Positions 10,805 to 20,678 of a DNA stretch of 64,000 nt are shown piece by piece. The stretch covers positions 64,001-128,000 of the forward strand of contig JAYZAL010000047.1 in assembly GCA_036339735.1 (NCBI GenBank), written 5' to 3'. The notes beneath the pieces are model-generated. The model worked only from the letters and a program-made list of their open reading frames with translations. It made no database searches and was not told where the DNA came from. Numbering within the stretch: the stretch's first letter is position 1; each line of letters opens with the position of its first letter. The position numbers and the translations under genes were made by a program. The stretch comes from Candidatus Poribacteria bacterium (GTDB lineage: Bacteria; Poribacteria; WGA-4E; UBA9662).

Positions 10805-10847
10805 TAAAAAGGGCGGGACGACAAGGTTGCCCTCATCGTATCCCGCC
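10805..10847 (-). terminator. Intrinsic terminator after the TPR lipoprotein gene
   Basis: Minus strand GGCGGGATACGA...TCGTCCCGCC followed by CTTTTTAT. Confidence 0.75.
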
Positions 10848-10889
10848 AAATTAAATTAAGTACTTCGCTGGCTTGCTAGGCCAGATATA

Positions 10890-12254
10890 TTACTTTTCTG
10901 GTTTGCTATTGCTATCTTGATCTGAAGTTCCAGCTTCCTGTTCTTGATAAAACATGAAACCATCTTCGTCTTGGTCAAGGTCAAATTGACGTACTAACTG
11001 TTGAGCTTCTCTGTAATATTTCAATTCGTCTGGATTATCTAAACTCATATATGCTTTGAACATTTCTCGGGCTTTAGCAAACTCACGAATACTTCGATAA
11101 CAAACGGCTTGCTGATAAACAGCTTCGTTTCGCCAAGTTGACTGAGGTGCTTCTGTAAATAGATTGTCATAGCCCTCTATTGCTTTTGTATATTCACCGT
11201 CTAGCTGGTGAAGACGACCTATTTGATATAGAGCATCAGCCTGAGCGAATTTATTACCAGTTAAATTTTCCGATAGTTCTCGATAAGCAAAAGTAGCATT
11301 AGGGTAATTTCTCATTTTGATCCAGCCAGCAGCGATGTTCTGGTAATCTTGAACGACTCGATCCCTTTGACCCATCTGGTATAAGTCTGCGGAAGTTACC
11401 AAGCGACCAGCTCTTCTCATGGCCATGGCCTTGGAATTAGTGTACTTAGATACATCATCTTGGTCTTGCTGAATCATAGTCAAAGTTTGGCGTGATCTTT
11501 TGAGTAATGTTTCAGCTTCACCAGCTTCGTAAGTACCGTTGTAGTCTTCTGCAACTTTCACAAAAGCACCCCAACCACCTGCATTGGTGTAATCATAAAG
11601 CTGGTAAAAATACAAATTGCCAACTTTAAATAGAGAACGAGGGGCAAGATCATGTTCCGGAAATTCATCGACTAGCTTTTCATAATTTGCAATAGCTTCT
11701 TCAAAATCACCTAGCCCAACATATGCTTCCGCTACTTTATACAGAGCTTGTACTGCGGCTTCCTGGCTTTCAGGTGTTTCGACTAAGCTGCGGTTTCTAT
11801 AAATTCGAAGTTGTTCCTGCACTTCTTGCCGATTACGCCGAATTGACGAAATATTACCTGCAGCTTGACTCCCTAAATAGCCAGTAGGAGCGATATCTAC
11901 CACCGACTGATAATGGATGATAGCATCATCTAGCTTCTTTCTATTTTTATGAATTTCAGCGATTTCGTAGTGGGCTCGTTGTTTGTAATTCATAACAGCC
12001 TTGCTAGTTTTGGTTGCTTGAGTAACCTCTAGGTATCCACCAACGGCTTCGTCGTATAGTTTGTTCTTTCGATCTTTTAGTTCATCTGCTCGTTTTTTAT
12101 CACTTGCAATTAAATCTTTATTGATTTGGATCAGTTCTGCCAGTTCAACTTTTCGATCGGCATTGCTAATTTTAACACTAAGTGGAACACATCCAATCAG
12201 CGATGTCATCACAATAAGCACAATCGGAAATAGCCAAACCATTAACTTTTTCAT
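10890..12254 (-). CDS. TPR-repeat lipoprotein (BamD/CpoB-like TPR pairs)
   Basis: ATG at 12254 gives MKKLMVWLFPIVLIVMTSLIGC with a lipobox; repeated TPR motifs (ALYKVAEAY, YEKLVDEFP, ALYQIG); Asp-rich C-terminus DLDQDEDG. The ORF track start at 12359 is probably too long. Confidence 0.8.
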   Translation of the reverse strand: MKKLMVWLFPIVLIVMTSLIGCVPLSVKISNADRKVELAELIQINKDLIASDKKRADELKDRKNKLYDEAVGGYLEVTQATKTSKAVMNYKQRAHYEIAEIHKNRKKLDDAIIHYQSVVDIAPTGYLGSQAAGNISSIRRNRQEVQEQLRIYRNRSLVETPESQEAAVQALYKVAEAYVGLGDFEEAIANYEKLVDEFPEHDLAPRSLFKVGNLYFYQLYDYTNAGGWGAFVKVAEDYNGTYEAGEAETLLKRSRQTLTMIQQDQDDVSKYTNSKAMAMRRAGRLVTSADLYQMGQRDRVVQDYQNIAAGWIKMRNYPNATFAYRELSENLTGNKFAQADALYQIGRLHQLDGEYTKAIEGYDNLFTEAPQSTWRNEAVYQQAVCYRSIREFAKAREMFKAYMSLDNPDELKYYREAQQLVRQFDLDQDEDGFMFYQEQEAGTSDQDSNSKPEK

Positions 12255-12397
12255 CAAAATCTTCGCAGCTAAGCCCCAGCTTTCTAGAGTGGGAAATAAA
12301 CTGCACCTCCTTTTTTGGGTTAAAAAGCGTTGATAGTGTGTAATTTTCTTGTAACTCAATGACCAAGGGAAAATAGCTCTTCTCTTTCTTCCTTGCA

Positions 12398-12581
12398 GGA
12401 CAACTGGTATTAAATAGGCTCCACCTGTCTCAGGTTATTGCGACAGTTCGTGGCGAGCACGTGGAATTGCAAACCAAGACCGAGAAGAATGCAATCTCCT
12501 AACGACTGCTTTACTAAAAGCCAACTTAGGAAACAGCCCAGAATTTTTTCGGCTTGAGGGACTAAATAGCCTAACCTGTCC
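12398..12581 (-). ncRNA. Candidate structured RNA or long structured 5' leader (about 184 nt), family unknown
   Basis: Begins 8 nt after a TATAAT box; 5' GGACAG/TAGGCT pairs with 3' AGCCTA/TTGTCC; two internal hairpin arms; G-U wobbles work only on the minus strand. Confidence 0.45.
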
Positions 12582-12589
12582 GGATCGGT

Positions 12590-12617
12590 ATTATATCGTA
12601 TTCCCGAAAAATGGCAA
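12590..12617 (-). promoter_or_regulatory. Sigma70-type promoter
   Basis: TTGCCA-16 nt-TATAAT on the minus strand. Confidence 0.6.
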
Positions 12618-12662
12618 GATATTTTTGCTGATATGGGGTAACTAGCAAATGGATGAGTTCTT

Positions 12663-13505
12663 CTACTCTCTTCTTTCAAATCGAACAGCAATTTCTCCAG
12701 ATTGGTCTTCTTGAGGTAAATGGACAGGTAATTTATTAAAAATAAACTGAGCCACGAAACTTTGAGCTTTCTGCCTCAGTTCCCCCGCACGATTTTCTAT
12801 GACTTTGACTTTATAAACTGTACCATCTGGTCTTACCAAAAAACTGAGCTGGACTATCCCACCTTGGATACTACCAGCAACCAGTGATAGCGTTGGCCGA
12901 TAACGAATGCCTCGTCCTTTGACTTCACCTTCAATACTGTAAGGTAAAATCCCAGAGACTTTTTGGGATTGGTTTTTCCTTTGACCTTCAGATGAAACCT
13001 TGCCTGCAAAAAGTTGGTCGCCCCTGTCCGTCCTAAGTAGTTTTTGATTAGAATTTGTCGTACCGATTGGGTCTGATAGAGATTGATGTCCAACATCACT
13101 TGAAAACGACTTTGCTCGGATAGTAGCGTTGAAGTCGGTTTCATTTCCACGTTGCTTTTGTCCTTTTGGAACATTATTATCAATCCACTGTTCGGATGCT
13201 TGAGATCGAATTTGTGGAAAATTTGGCAAATTAGAATTTTCAGAATGGCCGCTTAAGAAACTGTCTAGACTTTGTATCGACTGCAGAGGTGGCAAGTCAA
13301 CTGGAACCTCTGTAGGTTCTGGCACGAAAGAAACTACTGGTTTATTTATTTCTTTCTTTTCTGGCTCTCGTTGAAAAATTTCAACTTGATAAGCTGTTTC
13401 CTCAATTTTAAGCGATGGTGGTTGGTACACTAACCAAGCAAAAAACAGAATGGCCACCAAGTGTTCAACAATTGCTAAAGGTAAAAAAAGACCGATCTTA
13501 AACAT
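12663..13505 (-). CDS. TonB/TolA-like energy transducer
   Basis: N-terminal TM helix with His (AIVEHLVAILF), Pro-containing linker, C-terminal VQLSFLVRPDGTVYKVKVI...AQFIF TonB-C pattern; ATG overlaps the ExbB-like stop (TAATG). Confidence 0.7.
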   Translation of the reverse strand: MFKIGLFLPLAIVEHLVAILFFAWLVYQPPSLKIEETAYQVEIFQREPEKKEINKPVVSFVPEPTEVPVDLPPLQSIQSLDSFLSGHSENSNLPNFPQIRSQASEQWIDNNVPKGQKQRGNETDFNATIRAKSFSSDVGHQSLSDPIGTTNSNQKLLRTDRGDQLFAGKVSSEGQRKNQSQKVSGILPYSIEGEVKGRGIRYRPTLSLVAGSIQGGIVQLSFLVRPDGTVYKVKVIENRAGELRQKAQSFVAQFIFNKLPVHLPQEDQSGEIAVRFERRE

Positions 13506-14212
13506 TAGACCAACTTGTTTGGGGGTTTTGCCCAATCTCGGACATTTTCGTATTTTTCCTGAAACAGTTTATACTCTTCTGTCACTAGGAATCGAATTAG
13601 GGACATTCCATGTCGCTCTAGTTCATTTAACAAGTTCTTAGCTTTTCGATTGAAGTAGTGATAAGCTATTAGCGTTGGAAGGGCAACAATCAACCCAGCT
13701 GCTGTTGTCAACAAAGCTTCCGAAATACCATCAGCAATATCCTGGAGATGCTTTCCTGATTGGTCTCCTTTCCAAAGAGCCTGAAAAGATGAAGTCATGC
13801 CCAAAACTGTTCCCAACAGACCAGTGTACATCGAGACACTAGATAACATCGCCAGAGTCTTCAGATGCCTGACAATTGGAGGCCTTTCGAGTCTAACAGC
13901 CGTACCAACCGCTGACTTTAGTTCTTTTTCATCATAAGAACGATTAGAAATTCCGGCTTTCAAAATATTAGTCAGGGGTGAAGGAACCCGCTCACACATC
14001 TGAATTGCAGTTTCTGGCTTACCGTCTATAAGCTCAGCATATATACTCTGGGTTACATAAACTGATGGGATTACCCGTTTCCTGCGTAAATAGTGCGCTC
14101 TTTCGAAAATTAGAGAATGCGACCAAATAGAAAAAAAAATCAAAAGAGCTAGTAGGTAGCCCCCACCCGCTAGTCGTTCTAACCCTTGTAATATTTGGTC
14201 AGCTATTAACAT
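13505..14212 (-). CDS. MotA/TolQ/ExbB proton channel family protein
   Basis: GLLGTVLGM...F, IADGISEALLTTAAGLIVALP...Y.YF; three TM helices. Confidence 0.93.
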   Translation of the reverse strand: MLIADQILQGLERLAGGGYLLALLIFFSIWSHSLIFERAHYLRRKRVIPSVYVTQSIYAELIDGKPETAIQMCERVPSPLTNILKAGISNRSYDEKELKSAVGTAVRLERPPIVRHLKTLAMLSSVSMYTGLLGTVLGMTSSFQALWKGDQSGKHLQDIADGISEALLTTAAGLIVALPTLIAYHYFNRKAKNLLNELERHGMSLIRFLVTEEYKLFQEKYENVRDWAKPPNKLV

Positions 14213-14237
14213 GGTTTAAAATCCAATTTATGTATAA

Positions 14238-16046
14238 TCAAAGCTGTAGTTCAACACCAAGATCGACATAGCTACCACGAAGGGGGTGATATGGCATAAC
14301 CATCGATCCACTAGATAAATATGCTCCCCCAATAAAGATTGTTAGATACTGACCAAGGTTTCTCTTCATTTTTCCTTTTAGATGAATCAGATTCGCTAGG
14401 TTTGGCAACTGAATGGCTTTTGTCGTTTCTGATTGTAAATGGTCTCTCGTATCGATTTCAATTGTAGCTGTTAACTCAGTTTGCAAAATGCCAAACAACC
14501 AGTATTTGCAATCGATGTAAGCACGATTTTTGGCTTGGTAAGGCACATAAATCGGCTGTAAATCTCTTTGGTAGGAAAACTGTAGTTCATCGCCATTAGA
14601 AGCCCTTAGTTTACCCGACAGGATAAAGCCGTATCGAGTAATCACCCGATCAGAATTAGTTGGCACCCAATTTAGTGGCTTCACTCGGTTATTCATCAAC
14701 CCAATCGTTACTCCTGAACTATTACCTTCAGCTAAGTAAATCAAATCTGTTGTTCTATTGGCGAATGTAGATAAGCTAAAGTCAATTCTTTGCCCCCTAT
14801 TGTAGGTTAAGTCAATTAGTTGAGACCAGTTCTTCTCTGGGTTCAAGAAAGGGTTTACCCGAACATAATTATTATTGAGATAAAGTTCGGAAATTGTATA
14901 GTGATGAATCTTTCTTTTTCCCTCGAAGTTCAATCGCCAATAGTTGCTGAGTTGGGTTGTTATCGTTAAGGTCCCACTCGGTTCTATTTGGGTGGATTCT
15001 ACATAACCTAGTCTGCTATCTTTGCTTACATCACTTGGCTCTAAATTGCGGAAACTAACAATACCAAGACCTAGACCGAAAACAAAAGGACCTATTTGAG
15101 TAAATTGGTCTTTGGCGTAAAGCTCCAATAAGGTCGACCAATTCTGGCTACTCTGACCCGTTGATAAATTCTCCGCGACGGATAAATACTGCGAATTGAT
15201 CCCAAAATGAATTGGATTTGCCAAATTTAAAAAATGGCTTCTGATGTTAAAGTTAGCCTGTAAGTCAGTCACTCCGTCATTCAATACACTAAATGATGGA
15301 TTAGCACCGAAGACTTCCAGTTTTCCATTAGATGTAAATTGAGTCTTGTCAGATAGCCAATGGTGAAGATTCCAATTAGATGCAAATAATTGCAAATTAT
15401 ATATGTTGGCTAGTTGGTCTGACACATTCAATGGATTAGCGTTAGGTTCAGGAGATTCCAGTGTAGTTATTCCCGAAGTTTCTAATGGCCAGGGTAAATC
15501 TCGAATTGATATTTGTGATGATAGTGCTATCTCACTTAAGGGACGATAGGCTAAATTCAATCCTGCTTCTAGGGCTATATCCGTTCCTTGATTGCTCTTT
15601 TTTAAATCATCCAAGTCTTGATAGTTGAACTGCATATAACCATTAACTTTATTATACGCAGAGCCAGCCAAAAGTGCCCTAAAGAATGGAGCGATGGGAA
15701 TACTAGGAGACGCTGTTACTAAAATGCTAGGATTCTTATTTGTTTCGAGCGTTTGCCGATCTATTTTCTGTGGTGTATGGATCGAAGGTAGATTCCACAA
15801 ACGTTCTTTGGCGTATACTCCAAGTGCTTGGTGTACAAATGGCCTAAAAGGGGAATTAAATCTGATTCTTGGCTCAAGTTGAATTTGAGTTGTATCAATA
15901 ATACCGATGGTTTGTTCGTCTAAACGAATACTTTCCTCATCGTCCAAATTCTGGGGGTATACCATCGACGACATAAAAAGTAAAAAAAAGATAGTGAAAG
16001 TCAAAAAGCCTTGGTTGTCCTGGTACCGAGATGCAAGTATTATCAT
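14238..16046 (-). CDS. Putative outer-membrane beta-barrel (TonB-dependent receptor-like, no clear plug)
   Basis: Signal peptide, amphipathic strands, NPFLNPEK motif, C-terminal GSYVDLGVELQL beta-signal-like end. Confidence 0.6.
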   Translation of the reverse strand: MIILASRYQDNQGFLTFTIFFLLFMSSMVYPQNLDDEESIRLDEQTIGIIDTTQIQLEPRIRFNSPFRPFVHQALGVYAKERLWNLPSIHTPQKIDRQTLETNKNPSILVTASPSIPIAPFFRALLAGSAYNKVNGYMQFNYQDLDDLKKSNQGTDIALEAGLNLAYRPLSEIALSSQISIRDLPWPLETSGITTLESPEPNANPLNVSDQLANIYNLQLFASNWNLHHWLSDKTQFTSNGKLEVFGANPSFSVLNDGVTDLQANFNIRSHFLNLANPIHFGINSQYLSVAENLSTGQSSQNWSTLLELYAKDQFTQIGPFVFGLGLGIVSFRNLEPSDVSKDSRLGYVESTQIEPSGTLTITTQLSNYWRLNFEGKRKIHHYTISELYLNNNYVRVNPFLNPEKNWSQLIDLTYNRGQRIDFSLSTFANRTTDLIYLAEGNSSGVTIGLMNNRVKPLNWVPTNSDRVITRYGFILSGKLRASNGDELQFSYQRDLQPIYVPYQAKNRAYIDCKYWLFGILQTELTATIEIDTRDHLQSETTKAIQLPNLANLIHLKGKMKRNLGQYLTIFIGGAYLSSGSMVMPYHPLRGSYVDLGVELQL

Positions 16047-16095
16047 CTATTCTGCTAAAATCTGTTCTGCTTAACTTACTCGCTCAATTCTATTT

Positions 16096-19000
16096 TTACT
16101 GTATTTTTCGCAAAAGCTCTTGGTACATTTTAGTTGCATATTGATGTAACTGATTCCAGTCCTTTTTTTGATTAGTATTGACTGATGAAATGTAATTTTT
16201 GTACAGGCTGATTGCATCTTCGTAGCTATCCTTAGCTAGGAGCTCTTTTTTAGCTTTTACGTAAGCGTCTGCTGCTCGAACTGCCGCATGCAGAGCTGTT
16301 AGTGGACTGTGCTGCTCCCTGAGATGACGGACCCGGAGATAAGTAGAGCCAGCTTCATAATATTGACCATTTAAGCTCAGGGTTTCCGCCAATCGTAATT
16401 CAGCATCAATGACAATCTCAACAGGATATTGATCACTTCCACCATCACGAATTTTTGCATAAGCCGAAATTGCTTGCGTATACTGTTTTTGGGCTCGATA
16501 GACATGACCCAAAAGGAGTTGGGTCATTTTGGCTTGTTCTGAACTAGCATACTTATCGAGAATCGTTCGATAAATCTCAGCAGCTTCCCCCCACCTTAAT
16601 AACTCTTGATTGCAATTTCCAGCAAGTAACAACGCTTGTGGTGCATCATTACTACTCGGGTATTCCCTCGCTACTGACAAAAAAGCTGCAATTGCCTTTT
16701 CGAGATTTCTCCCAGGATTGTTTTTGTTATACCAAACATAGCCAGCTTCATAACGAGACGTGGCGGCTAGTTCACTTTTTTTCGAGACCTTCTCAAAAGC
16801 GGCTATTGCTTGTTTGAACGATCCGATTTCTAGATAAGATTTACCTATGTGATATCGTGCTAAAGATGAGGATTCTGAGCGACCGTATTGATCGATGACT
16901 TTTTGGAATTCAGATATAGCCCTACTATAATTTTTTTGGATAAAGTAGAAACGGCCAATGTGAATCTGAACATCAGGTGCTAGAGGGCTATCCGGGTAGT
17001 TCTTAATAAGATAATTGTAGGCTTGGAGTGCTTGTTCACTTTTCCCTTGGTCCTCGTGGGCTGTAGCGATACCATATTGCGCATCATCAGCCCACAGACT
17101 TTTCGGATAGTGTTCAATGACTTTTTGATATCCTTGAATTGCTTTTTGATAATTTTTCAAATTGATATAGCTCTCAGCAACGTAATACTGAGCTTCAGGT
17201 CTCAGATCAAAAGTCTTTTCTGCTCCAGGTCGACCTGTCTGTAACTTCAGATTTGGAAAATTTTCGATAACTCTTCGGTACTCAGTAATAGCACTTGCAT
17301 ATTTCCCCAATTTAAAATAGGCATTCGCAATACCAAAAATGGCCTTTGGCTCTAGCTGCGAAGCAGGAAAAGATCGTAATTGCTCTTGAAAAGCCATTAT
17401 CGCATCGTTGTAACGTTCCAATTTGTAGAAGGACCAGCCAATCTGGTATTGAGCATCATCCCGCCAATTGCTAGTCTGATACGTTTGTAATAGTTCAGAA
17501 AAAGTATTTATTGCTTTTTGGTAACGCCTCAAATTGCTTTGTGCTACGCCTTGGTGATATTGTGCTTGGTCAGAATAACTACCAGACGGATGTTTTTTTA
17601 TCATTTCTTGCCAACTTATTACTGCTTGGCCATATAATCTATCCTGTTCATTCCCATCAGATAATACTGCCTCTGAGAAATAAGTCCAGCCGACACCAAA
17701 TCGGTATTTTTCAGCCCATTCCTCATCGGATTCTTTGTCTAACAAATCTTGATATTTTTGTCTGGCTGATTGGTACGCAGATTTGGATTCTTCTTGCCAA
17801 TAAGTACTTTCAGCAATAAAAAAGTCGGCTTGCTGACGAAACTGGCTTTCTGGATACCTTTGGATCAAAGTATTACAAACTATGATAACTTCGTTGTAGT
17901 TCTCGGCTTCGAATAAAGCTCTAGCCTTCCAGTACAAAGCTTCGTCGGCACTAGTAGTTGATAATTTACGGTCATCTAAGGTAATGAAATAATTATCAAA
18001 AGCCGATGCACTTTCAGAATATTGTCGCAGATTGAAGTAGGACAATCCAAGATGGTACAGAGCATAAGGTTTTAGGTCAGTGTTAGGCGTCAATTTCAGA
18101 AGGCTTTCGATCACCGAAACAGCACTCTGATAGTCTCTTAGCTCAAAGTAACTAATAGCAATCTGATATTGGGCGTCATCAGCATAAGGTGAGTCTTCCC
18201 GCACTTTTTGATAATTAAGGATCGCAGAATTAAATTCTCTGGATAACCGGAAACACTCACCCATTCTAAATCGAGCAGCGTCACTCAATTCTGAGTTAAG
18301 ATCATCCGCCACTAGTTTGAAAGCGGTTTTAGCCTCTGTATAGTCCTGCGTATTAGTACCGAGATTGAAATAGACCATCGCTATCCCGTATTGAGCATTA
18401 TCAGCTACTGTACTATCTGGATATAAGCGAATGACTTTTTGGTATTCGTAAATCGCCTCGTTTACCTTATCTTCTTCGGCGAGAATCTCACCAATCCAGT
18501 ATTGTGCTTCTGCCGACAAGGACGACTTTTCACTTTCATCTAACAAGTATGTGAATGTATCTCTGGCTTCAGTCATCATCTTTTGTTGAAAATAACATTC
18601 ACCTAATCGAAAGCGTGCGTCAGTGATGTATTGTCTTAGCAAATTTTGGTCTTGATGACTATGGTTTTGGTACCTATCAATAAATTGTTGAAATTCAATT
18701 TGAGCTTCCTGCCACTCATACATTTGGAATAAGGATTCCGCAGCTCGGTAAGTAGCCTCAATTGTAGCAGAGTGATCTGGGTATTGATCGACAAAGAGCA
18801 GTAACTGATCGTGAGCTTTCTGGAATTTTTTCAACCTATAATCAACCCATGCAATTGAATATAAAGCATCTGCGGACTGTTTCGTCTGTGGGTAATCTGT
18901 TAGAATTTGATCATAATACTCACGAGATTTTTGATACAATCCTAACTTTTCGTAAGACTCCCCTATTAGGTAAATTGACTCCGAAATGACCTCTGGTGAG

Positions 19001-19428
19001 TAAGAATTAATGTCCTCAGTTGCAGCTTCCCAAAACTCTTGAAACCCCTTGATTGATTCAGTATATTTGCCCTGACGAAACCAAGCAATTGCTATACCTC
19101 GAACGGCATCTAAGCGTAAGGAGCTATTTGGGTGTTCTGCTGTCAAGCGCTTGAAGTTTTGAATGGCTATACCGTATTGTTCTAAATTAAGCGCTGATTC
19201 ACCAACTAACAGGCGGGCATCGTCAACATTTTTACTTTCAGGATATTTCTGGATAAAGATCTCGAATTGGTCCTTGGCAACGGCATACGCTTTTTTTTCG
19301 TATAATTTATAGGCAAATGTATAATCTTCACGCTCACCGGCATTTGCCGTAATGGTACAAAACAGGCATAAGAGTACAAAGAAATGAGGTAGGAATCTTG
19401 AGATCGATTGCTTATCGTAAGACTTCAT
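16096..19428 (-). CDS. Giant periplasmic TPR-repeat protein
   Basis: Signal peptide (ANA-G); many paired TPRs of the type A.Y.IG..Y...Y..A...YQ.V...YP.S..ADDA. Confidence 0.9.
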   Translation of the reverse strand: MKSYDKQSISRFLPHFFVLLCLFCTITANAGEREDYTFAYKLYEKKAYAVAKDQFEIFIQKYPESKNVDDARLLVGESALNLEQYGIAIQNFKRLTAEHPNSSLRLDAVRGIAIAWFRQGKYTESIKGFQEFWEAATEDINSYSPEVISESIYLIGESYEKLGLYQKSREYYDQILTDYPQTKQSADALYSIAWVDYRLKKFQKAHDQLLLFVDQYPDHSATIEATYRAAESLFQMYEWQEAQIEFQQFIDRYQNHSHQDQNLLRQYITDARFRLGECYFQQKMMTEARDTFTYLLDESEKSSLSAEAQYWIGEILAEEDKVNEAIYEYQKVIRLYPDSTVADNAQYGIAMVYFNLGTNTQDYTEAKTAFKLVADDLNSELSDAARFRMGECFRLSREFNSAILNYQKVREDSPYADDAQYQIAISYFELRDYQSAVSVIESLLKLTPNTDLKPYALYHLGLSYFNLRQYSESASAFDNYFITLDDRKLSTTSADEALYWKARALFEAENYNEVIIVCNTLIQRYPESQFRQQADFFIAESTYWQEESKSAYQSARQKYQDLLDKESDEEWAEKYRFGVGWTYFSEAVLSDGNEQDRLYGQAVISWQEMIKKHPSGSYSDQAQYHQGVAQSNLRRYQKAINTFSELLQTYQTSNWRDDAQYQIGWSFYKLERYNDAIMAFQEQLRSFPASQLEPKAIFGIANAYFKLGKYASAITEYRRVIENFPNLKLQTGRPGAEKTFDLRPEAQYYVAESYINLKNYQKAIQGYQKVIEHYPKSLWADDAQYGIATAHEDQGKSEQALQAYNYLIKNYPDSPLAPDVQIHIGRFYFIQKNYSRAISEFQKVIDQYGRSESSSLARYHIGKSYLEIGSFKQAIAAFEKVSKKSELAATSRYEAGYVWYNKNNPGRNLEKAIAAFLSVAREYPSSNDAPQALLLAGNCNQELLRWGEAAEIYRTILDKYASSEQAKMTQLLLGHVYRAQKQYTQAISAYAKIRDGGSDQYPVEIVIDAELRLAETLSLNGQYYEAGSTYLRVRHLREQHSPLTALHAAVRAADAYVKAKKELLAKDSYEDAISLYKNYISSVNTNQKKDWNQLHQYATKMYQELLRKIQ

Positions 19429-19519
19429 TTTGAAATATCCGATCACGCTGTTGTTGGTGGGGCTTATGGCTGTAAAAGCAGGAGGCCATTTTGATCGAAA
19501 ATCCGCCGGTCAATTTTCA

Positions 19520-19548
19520 ATTATATCACTGGTTTTTGGTCTTTTCAA
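19520..19548 (-). promoter_or_regulatory. Sigma70-type promoter for the TPR-barrel-ExbB-TonB operon
   Basis: TTGAAA-17 nt-TATAAT with extended -10 (TGa). Confidence 0.7.
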
Positions 19549-19673
19549 CTTACGCAATACAATCATATACAGCATTAGAAGCAACAAACAAAATCAAAAA
19601 AGCCAAGGAACCAGTACGATAAATGTATCATTTTGGGCTGATAAATTTCGAGCTGAATTAGAAAGATACTAAT

Positions 19674-20678
19674 CTAGGTAGTCGTGTAGTCTTCCTCAGA
19701 TACGATAGTCTCAGTTTCAGCCTCGACTGCCTCAATTGCTTTTGTATCGCTTTCAGTTTGAATGAAATTACCGTCGGCATCCCGAGTTGTTTCGCTATTA
19801 CTTAAGGGATCAAAACTTTTGACAAACTGACCATCAATAAAGAGCGTAACTTCACTAGTTTCTTCACTGACTACAATAGCAGCCATAACCTCATCCAAGG
19901 ATGAAGCATAAAGTGCTGCATTATGTCGCGCACTACCCTTGGTTAAACGCTCAACCTTGTCGTATACGCGATAAGTTCTTACACCTTCAACCATCATACA
20001 AGTGCGGAATGCAACACCTTGTAAGTCGATCAATAAAGCACCATCTCGCTCTTCGTGTCCGGTTACTTTCCCTGTCTCATCTCGCAAAAACGTTTTTTCA
20101 CCCATGAAGGCTAAAACTTCATTCACTTTGGTTGAGAAAATGTGGGGCAGGAAGTCAATCCCTTTATATTTACTCTGGTCGAGATGTTCCAATTGGCCAT
20201 CGTGAAACTCAGAAAAGTTCTCACCAGCCATATTTCTGTAGTCAGCCAATACTACAAATAACCCTCGGTTTTTCTCCATTCCTCGACTGGACATAGCAAA
20301 ATGCCGAGCTAGTGAATATAACTTGTTGATATAGAGTTGAATCAAGTCTTTTCTGTCAGATTGCAATTTTTCGATTTGTGTCCGATTCAAACCCAATCCA
20401 TTGATCGTTTCCTCTACAACACTATCGATATTTTCTTTTGTCTTTTCCTCAATTTCCGACAATTTAATCTGCAATTCGTTATAATTTTCGGATAATTCTG
20501 TTAGACTAGTAGAACGTTCCTCCAGTTCTTCCTCTTGTTCGAGTTTAGTTTCTAATAACTGTTCTCTTTCCCCTACTAAAGTTTTAATCTCTTTTTCTAG
20601 CTCATGGCAACGCTCCTGAAGCTGTTTTTGTTCACTCAGCATACTACGGTATTTTTGCCCACTTAAAATTTTAAACAT
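19674..20678 (-). CDS. Diadenylate cyclase (DisA_N/DAC domain) with N-terminal coiled coil
   Basis: ERDGALLID (DGA motif), GSARHNAA (RHR-like), AIVVSEETSEVTLF..G; GGAG RBS before the ATG at 20678; no TM helices. Confidence 0.8.
   Translation of the reverse strand: MFKILSGQKYRSMLSEQKQLQERCHELEKEIKTLVGEREQLLETKLEQEEELEERSTSLTELSENYNELQIKLSEIEEKTKENIDSVVEETINGLGLNRTQIEKLQSDRKDLIQLYINKLYSLARHFAMSSRGMEKNRGLFVVLADYRNMAGENFSEFHDGQLEHLDQSKYKGIDFLPHIFSTKVNEVLAFMGEKTFLRDETGKVTGHEERDGALLIDLQGVAFRTCMMVEGVRTYRVYDKVERLTKGSARHNAALYASSLDEVMAAIVVSEETSEVTLFIDGQFVKSFDPLSNSETTRDADGNFIQTESDTKAIEAVEAETETIVSEEDYTTT

Noticed and set aside
12290-12470. 6S RNA on the plus strand (GGCTCCACCTG...CAGGTT resembles a 6S motif)
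   Set aside because: No 5' partner for the expected closing stem; the promoter and G-U pairs favour a minus-strand RNA.
12410-12691. 93-aa minus-strand ORF as the missing ExbD
   Set aside because: No ExbD motif (P..D..F.LL.FF), it overlaps the TonB stop, and it spans a promoter and a structured region.
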